Below are positions 9,471 to 17,691 of a DNA stretch of 52,047 nucleotides, one piece after another. The DNA is from a virus (taxonomy: Duplodnaviria > Caudoviricetes). Location of the stretch: the IMG/VR virus record IMGVR_UViG_3300042475_001650, positions 1 to 52,047 of that record; one strand, 5' to 3'. The translations under genes were made by a program, and so were the position numbers. Each line of letters begins with the position of its first letter. Positions within the stretch are counted from its first letter, which is position 1. Below the pieces are notes generated by a model. The model saw only the letters and a list, made by a program, of their open reading frames with translations. It was not told where the DNA came from and searched no databases.

Positions 9471-10765
9471 TGGCGCAGTATAGTTTCGGGACGATCGACC
9501 CGAACACCAAGAGCGGGACCGCGCTCGCGACAGATCTGAACTCATGGCGGGACGCCGTCAACTCGACGCACTCGGGATCGACAGCGCCGAGCTACGTCAC
9601 GAGCTCGATGCTCTGGTCGGACACGACCTCGGCGAACTTCGAGCTCAAGATGTATGACGGCGCGCAATGGATCCCGGTCGCGGTGCTCGATGCGACGAAC
9701 AACGTCGCTCGGGTCGCGGTCGACAGCGCGGAGACGAGCTACATCACCTCGACGACCGCAGGGCAGATCCGCCATGTGATCGCGAACACGACCGTCGCGA
9801 CGATGCGATCCACCGGCTTGCAGTTCAACATTGCCGCGCCGGTGATCTCGGACAGCAACGCGAACGAGCTGCTCTCGTTCACGACGGTCGCGAGCGCGGT
9901 GAACCACATCGACATCGCGAACGCTGCGACCGGGGGCCGACCGACGATCTCGACGATCGGAAGCGACACGAACATCGATCTGTTCATCACGGCCAAGGGA
10001 ACGGGCATCGTCTACGCCTACTCGGAGACGGCCGCGACGAACACCGTGATCGATGTCGCGCGCCTCGAGAGCCGCAGCACCGGGACACCGGCGGCGGGCA
10101 TCGGCGCGGGCCTCCTGTTCGCGGTCGAGACGGCCGCAAATAACTTCGAGATCGGCGCGCGCATCGAGGCGATCACGACCGACGTCACAGGGGCCTCGGA
10201 GGACTTCGACCTCGTTTTCAAGACGATGGCCGCAGGCGCGGCAGCGGCCGAGAGGATGCGGATCGGCTCGACCGGTCTCGTCAACGTCACCTCGCTTGCG
10301 ATCGGGGGGACGACAATTACCTCAACGGCCGCAGAGCTGAACTTTATGGACGGGGTCACCTCGAACGTCCAAACCCAGCTCAATGCGAAGGCGAACCTCG
10401 CGTCGCCGACGTTCACGGGCGTCCCGGCCGCGCCGACAGCAGCGGTCGGGACCAACACAACTCAGCTTGCAACGACCGCCTTTGTCGGAGCGGAGATCGC
10501 GGCAGATCTTGCAGGGCTCGCCGCTGGGGCAGTCGGAAGCTACGCGTTCTTGAGAGACCAATCCAATAACGCAGACACCGCCTTTGGAACCACGTTGGCT
10601 GGCAGCAATTTATTCCCCGCAGGTTTACGGGCTCTCACCACCGGTACTCCTACAATAGTTGAGGAAGCCACCGCCGTATCAGGCACATGGCGCTGCATGG
10701 GTTTCTCTGACTACCTAAGTATTGGTCCCCAACGACCGGTAACCCTCTGGCTAAGGATTTCGTGA
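9470..10765 (+). CDS. Tail fibre, allele A (431 aa)
   Basis: TAATG start; LASPTFTGVPAAPT..TQLATTAFV fibre repeat; C-terminal SGTWRCMG..LWLRIS. Confidence 0.85.
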   Translation: MAQYSFGTIDPNTKSGTALATDLNSWRDAVNSTHSGSTAPSYVTSSMLWSDTTSANFELKMYDGAQWIPVAVLDATNNVARVAVDSAETSYITSTTAGQIRHVIANTTVATMRSTGLQFNIAAPVISDSNANELLSFTTVASAVNHIDIANAATGGRPTISTIGSDTNIDLFITAKGTGIVYAYSETAATNTVIDVARLESRSTGTPAAGIGAGLLFAVETAANNFEIGARIEAITTDVTGASEDFDLVFKTMAAGAAAAERMRIGSTGLVNVTSLAIGGTTITSTAAELNFMDGVTSNVQTQLNAKANLASPTFTGVPAAPTAAVGTNTTQLATTAFVGAEIAADLAGLAAGAVGSYAFLRDQSNNADTAFGTTLAGSNLFPAGLRALTTGTPTIVEEATAVSGTWRCMGFSDYLSIGPQRPVTLWLRIS

Positions 10766-11166
10766 TGAACTATCGCAACGCAAAACGCCTCGCAAACGGT
10801 TGGATCGACTGCGAGATTGAGCATCCCGATCACGGATGGATACCCTTTACTTGCGACCCCAGCGATACCGGCGCGCAGCTCGACGTGGCCGCGCTTCACG
10901 CTCAGATGGACGCAGACCCGGAGACCGCAGCCTATGTTCCGCCCACGCAGGCAGAGCTTGACGCCGCAGCCGCGGATGCTGTTCGTGCAGAACGGGACTA
11001 CAAGCTGGCGTTCGAGGTTGACCCCGTGGTGACTAACCCGCTCCGTTGGGCCGACCTGACCGCAGAGACGCAGGCTGAATGGGCGACTTACCGCCGCGCA
11101 CTTCTCGACATCACGACGCAGGCTGGCTTCCCGCACAGCGTGGTCTGGCCCACAAAGCCGGAGTAA
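10765..11166 (+). CDS. Tail fibre assembly chaperone
   Basis: IDCEIEHP..GWIPFT, RAERD, YRRALLDITTQAGFP..WPTKP; follows the fibre gene. Confidence 0.85.
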   Translation: MNYRNAKRLANGWIDCEIEHPDHGWIPFTCDPSDTGAQLDVAALHAQMDADPETAAYVPPTQAELDAAAADAVRAERDYKLAFEVDPVVTNPLRWADLTAETQAEWATYRRALLDITTQAGFPHSVVWPTKPE

Positions 11167-11169
11167 GAC

Positions 11170-11412
11170 ATGACCCCGGAAACGCTTTGGAGCCTCGTTC
11201 TCAGCGGCGCGCTCGGCCTCGTAGGCTGGATCCTCAAGTCGCACGTCGACGAGCTGAAACGCTTGCAGATCCTGCTCAACCGCACCCGCGAGGAAGTAGC
11301 CCGTGACTACGTTACGCGCGCCGACATGCACGCCGACATCAACCGCGTCCTCGTCCGGCTCGACAACCTCGACAAGAAGATCGACGAGCTGATGCGGAGC
11401 TTGGCAAAATGA
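11170..11412 (+). CDS. Small membrane-anchored coiled-coil protein (holin/antiholin-like candidate)
   Basis: One N-terminal TM helix plus coiled coil; protein identical in copy B. Confidence 0.6.
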   Translation: MTPETLWSLVLSGALGLVGWILKSHVDELKRLQILLNRTREEVARDYVTRADMHADINRVLVRLDNLDKKIDELMRSLAK

Positions 11413-11624
11413 GGCTTGCGCTCCTGCTCTTGGTCGCGGGCTGCGGGCCTGTGACGGTCTCCTCGGTGGCCTACACCACCGCTTGCCCGAAGGGGGACGC
11501 GCAATGCGAGATCCGGCAGAACGCAGAAACGCTCTACTACATGGCAATGCCGGACGCAGCGAACGAGCTGCTCTGCTCGGGCGATACGCGCGACGTCATG
11601 GGGGCGCTCTGCTCGGTCTACTGA
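11409..11624 (+). CDS. Small lipoprotein
   Basis: Lipobox MRLALLLLVAG-C plus 4 further Cys; mostly synonymous differences from copy B. Confidence 0.75.
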   Translation: MRLALLLLVAGCGPVTVSSVAYTTACPKGDAQCEIRQNAETLYYMAMPDAANELLCSGDTRDVMGALCSVY

Positions 11625-12289
11625 TGGCCTTGCCGGTGTCCGCGCAGGTCACCGGCGACCTCAACACAAACAGCGGCAACACGAACTCGACGATCGACAG
11701 CGGCAACGTCTCAAGCACCGAGACGCGGAACTATAACGGCGCGGGGAGCGCGCCGTTCTCGACGCCGGTCCCGACGGCCGCAGCTCCGACGGTCATGGGC
11801 GGGGGCGGGAACGATAGCTGTCTGATCCCGACGCAGAGCGCCTTCCAGATCAGCATCCTTGGTCGCGCCAAGGGCAGCATGGAACAAGATCCCGAATGTA
11901 ACCGGCGCAAGGACGCCCGTCTCCTCGGCACGCCGCAAGAGCAGGGGGGGCTCGGTCTACAGGTCTCCGGGATCTCGATCATGTGCGACAGCCCGGACGT
12001 CTTCCGCGCGATGGCGCTCGCGAGCACGCCGTGCCCGATCTACTCGATCGAGAGCGGCAAGCTCCTCGTTGGGCGCGACGCCTACATGGCGATGCGTTCC
12101 CAGCCCTCGATTTATGTGATAGGGTATGCCAGCGACCCAGCCTTCTGGGACGCGTTCCTGATGATGGGCGAGGAGCTCCCAGATGTCCTACCTCAAGAGA
12201 ATAGCGGTCCTCTTTTGTCTGAACGCTTCCGTCGTTCACGCAGACCCGACGATGACGGCTCTACAGGGATCAGCTCAGACAATCCTTGA
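11504..12289 (+). CDS. Secreted Cys-containing hypothetical protein
   Basis: GGGGG SD before ATG 11504; signal-like RRHGGALLGLLMALPVSA-Q; DSCL, C.RRKDARLL, MC..VFRAM..STPCP; alternative start 11624. Confidence 0.7.
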   Translation: MRDPAERRNALLHGNAGRSERAALLGRYARRHGGALLGLLMALPVSAQVTGDLNTNSGNTNSTIDSGNVSSTETRNYNGAGSAPFSTPVPTAAAPTVMGGGGNDSCLIPTQSAFQISILGRAKGSMEQDPECNRRKDARLLGTPQEQGGLGLQVSGISIMCDSPDVFRAMALASTPCPIYSIESGKLLVGRDAYMAMRSQPSIYVIGYASDPAFWDAFLMMGEELPDVLPQENSGPLLSERFRRSRRPDDDGSTGISSDNP

Positions 12290-12932
12290 CCAGCTCTCCG
12301 CGTCGCAGGATCTGACCGCAGGCGCGGTCTACAGCGCCGGGCAGGGCGACATCCTCGCGCCCGGCGTGATGCAGGACGCCGCGATCACCGAGCAGATGCG
12401 GGTGGACTATAACGCCGACATTCAGGACGTCATCGACGCGACCTATTACGACGCGCAGATGCTGTTCGAGGATCAGCACGATCAAGCGATGGCGAACCTC
12501 GACACGGCGGTCGACAACCTCGTCGCCGCGACGCTCGTCCTGATGGAAGTGCAAGCGGTCGCGAACATGGCCGCGAACGCCGACACCGTGCAGGAGCAGC
12601 TCGCCTTTCAGTCGATCCTCTCGAGCAACGACATGACGATCAGCGCGGGCGATGTCAGTTCCTACAACTCGGCCCTCGGCGCAGTGCAGACCTACGCTCG
12701 AGAGGCGGGCGCGTTTCTCGCTGCGTCGCGGAACATCTCGCTCACCGATCAGACTAACGCCTTCGCGGCCAACAGCGGAACGAGCCTCTACGGCGCGAAC
12801 GTGGCTTACAGCGCGACGGCCGACATCATCAACATCTCGGCCGGATCCGCGTTCGGGGTCGGCTTCCAAGGCTTCCTCACCTCGAACGTCGTGACGCTCG
12901 AGGAGGTCTACGCCGCCGGGTATGGCTCTTGA
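12183..12932 (+). CDS. Secreted acidic helical hypothetical protein
   Basis: Signal peptide ending VHA; conserved length (249 aa) in copy B. Confidence 0.8.
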   Translation: MSYLKRIAVLFCLNASVVHADPTMTALQGSAQTILDQLSASQDLTAGAVYSAGQGDILAPGVMQDAAITEQMRVDYNADIQDVIDATYYDAQMLFEDQHDQAMANLDTAVDNLVAATLVLMEVQAVANMAANADTVQEQLAFQSILSSNDMTISAGDVSSYNSALGAVQTYAREAGAFLAASRNISLTDQTNAFAANSGTSLYGANVAYSATADIINISAGSAFGVGFQGFLTSNVVTLEEVYAAGYGS

Positions 12933-13360
12933 GCGAGGAGCCCGAAGCCAACGGCCTGCGGATAGCAGGGATCGACGTCAAGGGCTGGTGGCTCGCCGCC
13001 GCCCTTCCCGCGCTCTCGGGGATCAGCGGCGCGGTCTACGTCGGCTATGACACCGTCAACCGCTTCTGGGCCGTCGAGGAGAGCGTCGAGGGCGTGCTGG
13101 GCGTCGAGAGCCGCGTCCAGACCCTCGAGCAGGCGATCCAAGACAATGACGTTCGCGGGCTCGCGCCGAAGCTCTCCTCGATCTCGACGCAGATGGGCAC
13201 GATCCTCGAGCAGCAAAAGGAGCTTCTCGAGCTGCGCTCGCTGGTCGAGAAGTCGGACGCGGTGACGAGCGGGCTCGCTGGCAAGCTCGAGAAATACGAC
13301 GCGGAGATCGAGGATCTCTGGAAGGCAATGGACGATCTGGTAAGGAACCCCATGAGATGA
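12929..13360 (+). CDS. Single-TM coiled-coil protein (i-spanin-like topology)
   Basis: TTG start with GAGG SD; TM helix then long coiled coil. Confidence 0.65.
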   Translation: MSEEPEANGLRIAGIDVKGWWLAAALPALSGISGAVYVGYDTVNRFWAVEESVEGVLGVESRVQTLEQAIQDNDVRGLAPKLSSISTQMGTILEQQKELLELRSLVEKSDAVTSGLAGKLEKYDAEIEDLWKAMDDLVRNPMR

Positions 13361-13554
13361 TCGAGAAACTAGTCTGGGTGGCTTTCATCGCCGCGATCGC
13401 CGGGATCTTCTACCTGTCCGGGGACGGCTTCTACCGTTATCCCTGCATGGATCCGGCGAAGGTCGAGACGCCGCAATGCAAACCGCCGATCTGTTCGGCA
13501 ACCCGGACGTGCCCGTCCGATCTCACAGGAGGCTCAGCCTATGTCACGCAATAA
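13357..13554 (+). CDS. Membrane-anchored Cys-rich small protein
   Basis: TM helix then YRYPC.DP....PQC.PPIC.ATRTC. Confidence 0.7.
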   Translation: MIEKLVWVAFIAAIAGIFYLSGDGFYRYPCMDPAKVETPQCKPPICSATRTCPSDLTGGSAYVTQ

Positions 13555-13828
13555 GAACGACCCGGAAATGCTCGAGGCGCGCCTGCGCTATTTCATCGGC
13601 TGCTCGCTGGTCGTGATCCTCGGGGGCACGATCTTCGCGGTGCTCTACTCGCTGGTCTTTATCACGCAGCCGCTCGAGGTCTCGCCGAACGACCAGAAAT
13701 TCTTTGAGCTCCTCACCCCGCTCGCCTCGTTCATCGTCGGCGCGCTGGGCGGCGTGATGGCGGCAGGCAACAACCGCAGCAAAGGCGGCAACGATGACGA
13801 GCCGCCGAGACAGGAGATCCAAGAATGA
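13541..13828 (+). CDS. Two-TM membrane protein (holin candidate)
   Basis: GGAGG SD; two hydrophobic helices, charged C-tail; identical protein in copy B. Confidence 0.65.
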   Translation: MSRNKNDPEMLEARLRYFIGCSLVVILGGTIFAVLYSLVFITQPLEVSPNDQKFFELLTPLASFIVGALGGVMAAGNNRSKGGNDDEPPRQEIQE

Positions 13829-14001
13829 TCGGGATGAAGCTGGTCGGCGCGCTCGTCGGGCGCAAGGTGAAAGAGAAGGCGGTCGAGGCCGTCCTCGATA
13901 AGGTGGATCTGCCAGCTCCGATCGAGAAGGCGATCGAGGCGTCCGTCACCGGCTCCCCTTTGGGCATGCTGGGCAAGCTCGGGAAGGTCTTAAAGAAATG
14001 A
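13825..14001 (+). CDS. Small basic hypothetical protein (58 aa; not in ORF track)
   Basis: MIGMKLVGALVGRKVKEKAV...GKLGKVLKK; ATGA overlaps at both ends; GGAG SD. Confidence 0.75.
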   Translation: MIGMKLVGALVGRKVKEKAVEAVLDKVDLPAPIEKAIEASVTGSPLGMLGKLGKVLKK

Positions 14002-14411
14002 TGCTCCGGGTCGCAGCCGCGCTCGTCGTCCTCGCGGCTCCCGCGCTTGCGGAGCAATACAAGATCAACCGCGTGATCGACGGCGACACCGTCGAGATCG
14101 CGGTCGACTTCTTGCCGGATCCGCTCCCGCCGAAGCTCTCGATCCGCGTCCTCGGGATCGACACGCCGGAGAAGGCACCGCGCGCTCAGTGCGAGGCGGA
14201 GGCCAAGAAGGCGGCGGAGGCGAGCGCGTTCACTAAGAGCGCGGTCGCGATGGCGCAGAGCGTCGAGATCCAGATCGAGAAGTGGGACAAATACGGCGGG
14301 CGCGTCCTCGGGCACGTCCTCCTCGACGGGCACAGCCTGTCCGAGATGCTGATCGGCGCGGGCCTCGCCCGGCCTTACAAAGGCGAGGCTAAGACCTCTT
14401 GGTGCGAATAG
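13998..14411 (+). CDS. Secreted thermonuclease (SNase family)
   Basis: Signal peptide; VIDGDT, RVLGIDTPE, DKYGGRVL motifs. Confidence 0.92.
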   Translation: MMLRVAAALVVLAAPALAEQYKINRVIDGDTVEIAVDFLPDPLPPKLSIRVLGIDTPEKAPRAQCEAEAKKAAEASAFTKSAVAMAQSVEIQIEKWDKYGGRVLGHVLLDGHSLSEMLIGAGLARPYKGEAKTSWCE

Positions 14412-14421
14412 GAGATAGAAC

Positions 14422-15291
14422 ATGAGCCTTTTGACCGAAGCCCAGCTCGCGGCGATGATCCCGACGAACAAGGAGATCCCCGGTTGGTGCGCCGCGCTGA
14501 ACGAGATGCTCCCGAAGTATGAGATCACGACCGACCGGCGGATCGCCGGGTTCGTGGCTCAGTGCGCGCACGAGAGCGCGGACTTCAAGCTCCTCGAGGA
14601 GAACCTCAACTATCGCGAGGCGACGCTCCTGAAGGTCTTCCCGCGCTATTTCGGGCCGGGCAAGCAGAGCCCGGCCGAGTATGCGGGCAAGCCCGAGAAG
14701 ATCGCGAACTATGTCTACATGGACAAACACCGCTCGGCCGGTGGCGCGCTCGGCAATGTGAACGAGGGAGACGGGTGGCTGTTCCGGGGCAAGGGGCTCA
14801 AGCAGGTCACCGGCCGGGCAAATCACGCGGCCTTTGGCAAGACGATCGGCATGACCGCAGAGCAGGCGGCAGAGTATCTCCTCACCAAGAAAGGCGCGCT
14901 CGAGAGCGCGCTCTGGTTCTGGGGATCTCGGAACCTGAACGCGGTCGCGGACACCGGCGACGTCGTGAAGCTCACGAAGATCATCAACGGGGGCGACATC
15001 GGCCTCGCCGATCGCCAAGCACGCTATGCGAAGGCGATGGCGGTCCTCGGGGGTAAGGTCGACGCTCCCGCGCCGACTTCGGCCTCTGCGGCCGCTCCTG
15101 CGGCGTCTGCGACGCTCCGCGTCGGATCGAAGGGGGATCTGGTGGAGCGCGTGCAGAAGGCGCTCGGGATCGCTGCGGACGGGGACTTCGGTCCCGGCAC
15201 CGAGCGCGCGGTCAAGGCGTGGCAACAGGCGAACGGCTTGACAGCGGACGGGATCGTCGGCCCGAAGACGCTCGAGAAGCTGATCGGCTGA
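14422..15291 (+). CDS. Endolysin: GH19 catalytic domain + C-terminal peptidoglycan-binding domain
   Basis: AQCAHES, LEENLNY, FRGKGLKQVTGRAN, INGG; ADGDFGPGTERAVKAWQ..ADGIVGPKT. Confidence 0.93.
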   Translation: MSLLTEAQLAAMIPTNKEIPGWCAALNEMLPKYEITTDRRIAGFVAQCAHESADFKLLEENLNYREATLLKVFPRYFGPGKQSPAEYAGKPEKIANYVYMDKHRSAGGALGNVNEGDGWLFRGKGLKQVTGRANHAAFGKTIGMTAEQAAEYLLTKKGALESALWFWGSRNLNAVADTGDVVKLTKIINGGDIGLADRQARYAKAMAVLGGKVDAPAPTSASAAAPAASATLRVGSKGDLVERVQKALGIAADGDFGPGTERAVKAWQQANGLTADGIVGPKTLEKLIG

Positions 15292-15292
15292 C

Positions 15293-15324
15293 GAAGAAGG
15301 CCCTCGGGGTTATCCCCGGGGGCC
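15293..15324. terminator. Intrinsic terminator between convergent operons
   Basis: GGCCCTCGGGG-TTAT-CCCCGGGGGCC stem; UUCUUC tail on the minus strand. Confidence 0.65.
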
Positions 15325-15407
15325 AGATCTTAGTGCGCGACGAGGACGATGGAGGTGACATGCCTCGTCGCGCGGCGCGCGTTACAAAGCCACCGCGTGC
15401 TGGGCGG

Positions 15408-15734
15408 TCACTCTATACCACGCAGCCAACGATCCACCAACGGCAGAAAGCCGTGATCCGGCCCGTGCTTCTCGACCCACGACGCCTTGCCGTTATGGAT
15501 CGCTTCCGGCCCGTCTTGGTGATGGGGTTTGCAAAGTGGGATCACGTCGTAATCGCTCGATTTCTCCTGCCCGTATCGGTCGCAGATTATGTGGTGCGCG
15601 TCTGATGGTCCGGGCTTTCGGCAGATAACGCAGGGCAACAACTTGACGCGGGCAATGTGTGCCCGCGCCTTATTTGTGCCTCTTTCTGGCTTTGGCTTCT
15701 TTAGACCAAGCGGCCCTCGGCCGGTCAGGTTCAC
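15408..15734 (-). CDS. Ref/DUF968-like HNH-fold Zn-binding nuclease
   Basis: LPCVIC, DAHHI, IPLCKPHH motifs; GTGA overlap start. Confidence 0.75.
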   Translation of the reverse strand: MNLTGRGPLGLKKPKPERGTNKARAHIARVKLLPCVICRKPGPSDAHHIICDRYGQEKSSDYDVIPLCKPHHQDGPEAIHNGKASWVEKHGPDHGFLPLVDRWLRGIE

Positions 15735-15922
15735 GTCCAGCGCTCCCAAAGATGGCACTCGCGATTGGTCCGCTTCGCGAGCTCGTAAAGATCCGACACC
15801 CGAGACTTGGACTTCCGCGCGCTATTGATCGCCTTTTGGATCCGGTCCCGGTCGGCGTAGAGTTCGACCAACCGGCGTTTGGCGATCGGGCGCATGATCG
15901 GGATCAAAAGCCACCGCATCAA
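15731..15922 (-). CDS. Hypothetical protein
   Basis: 4-bp overlaps with both neighbours. Confidence 0.65.
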   Translation of the reverse strand: MMRWLLIPIMRPIAKRRLVELYADRDRIQKAINSARKSKSRVSDLYELAKRTNRECHLWERWT

Positions 15923-16164
15923 TCCATCCCCAAGGCGGCGCGATACATGCTCTCAATCGCCTCCTCCTCTGCGATGTCGTCGGCGCGCTTCTTACGCAGC
16001 GCCACGATCTTGCGGATCGTCTTGGTGCAGTATCCGCGGCCCTTCGCCTCGGAATAGATCTCTTTGCGCGCCTCGGTCTCGTCGGCGATCGCCGCGTTTT
16101 GGGTCTCGATCCGCTCGATGAACTGAAGCAGCTCCTCGGCGGTTACTTCGTATGCGTCGGCCAT
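15919..16164 (-). CDS. GapR-like DNA-binding protein (DUF2312/UPF0335)
   Basis: LLQFIERIE..KEIYSEAKGRGY.TK.IRKIVALRK..Y.AALG signature. Confidence 0.9.
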   Translation of the reverse strand: MADAYEVTAEELLQFIERIETQNAAIADETEARKEIYSEAKGRGYCTKTIRKIVALRKKRADDIAEEEAIESMYRAALGMD

Positions 16165-16425
16165 TTACATTCTCCTCGGTGGTTCTTGTGGCAATACCGC
16201 GATGACGTCGCGGCCCGTTTCAGTCACGCGCCAGTGGTGCCCTTGCGTCGCCACGGCAAAGGGCAGATCCTCGGGCGGATCTGCGCGTTCGATCCAGCCG
16301 CACTCCTCGAGGCTGAAAAGCGACGCTCCGTGCACGTCGGCCTCCCCAGCGGTAAAGACCCGGTCTTGGAACGGCTCGAGCTTCTTGATGGTCCTCCACC
16401 GGACCACAGTCAATTTCGGTTTCAT
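16165..16425 (-). CDS. Hypothetical protein (possible winged helix)
   Basis: GGAGG SD; SLEECGWIE..WRVTETGR. Confidence 0.6.
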   Translation of the reverse strand: MKPKLTVVRWRTIKKLEPFQDRVFTAGEADVHGASLFSLEECGWIERADPPEDLPFAVATQGHHWRVTETGRDVIAVLPQEPPRRM

Positions 16426-16808
16426 GCTTCCTCCTTTTCGCTCCATTGGATCCCGTGGCGGGCTCCATATTCATAAATCAACTCGATCAGGTCGCTCATC
16501 TGCGCCTTCGAGAGTTTCGAGGATCTGAACCCAAGCGGGAACGGACCCGCGCCGTCTAGGCCTTCGGCAAACTGCACTTGATGCCCGAGGGAGTGCATGA
16601 ACGCCGACTTCCATGTTTCCGGTGTCCATTTGCGACCTTCCGGCCTCGCAAGAGCGACATCGGTAAGCATCGCCCACATCTTTGCGTTTTGGTCGGCCGT
16701 TCGATCGCCGCCGATAATCTGGACCGTCGAATAATCCGGCGCTGCGTCGATTAGCTGGTGCGCATAAGCGCGTTGGCGCAGGCCGGTCAGTCTGACCCGG
16801 TAAGGCAT
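16422..16808 (-). CDS. ninB: NinB/Orf-family recombination protein
   Basis: RTADQNAKMWAMLTDV, ETWK, SSKLSKAQMSDLIELI..YGA motifs. Confidence 0.85.
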   Translation of the reverse strand: MPYRVRLTGLRQRAYAHQLIDAAPDYSTVQIIGGDRTADQNAKMWAMLTDVALARPEGRKWTPETWKSAFMHSLGHQVQFAEGLDGAGPFPLGFRSSKLSKAQMSDLIELIYEYGARHGIQWSEKEEA

Positions 16809-16981
16809 CACCCGCCTCCCTGCATCGTCCAGTGATCGATCATCACCGAGCGAACCAGCTCGCGCGAAAGCTCGAGCTCGATCGCCGTTTTGCTTACGGT
16901 CAGGCTTGCCTCCATCTTGGCAAGCCCTCCGCCCTCGCGCTCGATCCGCTCGAAGGTCTCGACGATCTTCTTGCGATCCAT
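16808..16981 (-). CDS. Hypothetical protein (57 aa; not in ORF track)
   Basis: MDRKKIVETFERIE...HWTMQGGG; TGATG coupling at both ends. Confidence 0.7.
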   Translation of the reverse strand: MDRKKIVETFERIEREGGGLAKMEASLTVSKTAIELELSRELVRSVMIDHWTMQGGG

Positions 16982-17661
16982 CAGAAGGCCTCCTTTTCGG
17001 TCCAGCGACGCACACCGGCAATCTCGGCGTCCTTGTGGTTTTTAGCGACGTATGCCTCGATAAAGGCGGTCATTGCTTCCCGGTCGTTCTGCGCGATCCA
17101 ATGCAGCGCCGCGCGATGGTCCTCGATCTCGTAAAGGTGAACCGTCCGCATCCCCTTCACTTTGTCTTTTTGCTTTGCGCTCGCCTCCTCGGCCGCGCGC
17201 TGCGCGAGAGCCGCCTTTTCCGCAGCATCTCGCTGCGCCTCGATGTCCGACGCTTTGGCGGAGAGAGCCGCTTCCTCGGCCGCTTTTCGCGCCTTTTCGG
17301 CGGCTTCCCAAGCCGCGCGCTTCTCCGCCTCTTTCTTGGCGGCGAGGGCGCGCTTGAAGGGATCCTGCGCCGCAACGATCCCCTTGGAGATCCTCTCGAG
17401 GTCGTCCTGCGTTGGCTTCCAGCGCGCGATCTCGGCCTTCCATGCTTCGTGCAGCGGCTTGGTCGCTTCGTCGCGAGCGGCGTTCAGCTCTTTGATCGCG
17501 GTCTTGATCGTCTTGAGGAGTTCGTCCGTCGCGCGGAGCTGCTCCTCGTTTTCGATCGGCTGGCCGTCGAGCCAGTTCTGCGCTTCCTCGATCGCGTCGC
17601 CGAACGGGTCGAGCGCGGTGTCGATCGGGTCGGGCGGGTTGTTGTGGCCTATCGTGCTCAT
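16981..17661 (-). CDS. Coiled-coil phage protein of the recombination module
   Basis: IGHNNPP N-terminus; GGAGG SD; adjacent to ERF. Confidence 0.7.
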   Translation of the reverse strand: MSTIGHNNPPDPIDTALDPFGDAIEEAQNWLDGQPIENEEQLRATDELLKTIKTAIKELNAARDEATKPLHEAWKAEIARWKPTQDDLERISKGIVAAQDPFKRALAAKKEAEKRAAWEAAEKARKAAEEAALSAKASDIEAQRDAAEKAALAQRAAEEASAKQKDKVKGMRTVHLYEIEDHRAALHWIAQNDREAMTAFIEAYVAKNHKDAEIAGVRRWTEKEAF

Positions 17662-17691
17662 TTGTTCCTCCGGTTTCGGTTGCGAGATCCC

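Larger units (their letters stand above)
1..14340 (+). repeat. Copy A of tail + envelope module (diverged direct repeat of 36738..52047)
   Basis: Position 1 matches 36738 and 14340 matches 52047; same gene order; near-identical ends, diverged middle. Confidence 0.97.

Noticed and set aside
11409-13360. Firm spanin pair call
   Set aside because: Topologies fit, but order and separation by two secreted genes are atypical; kept as hypothesis only
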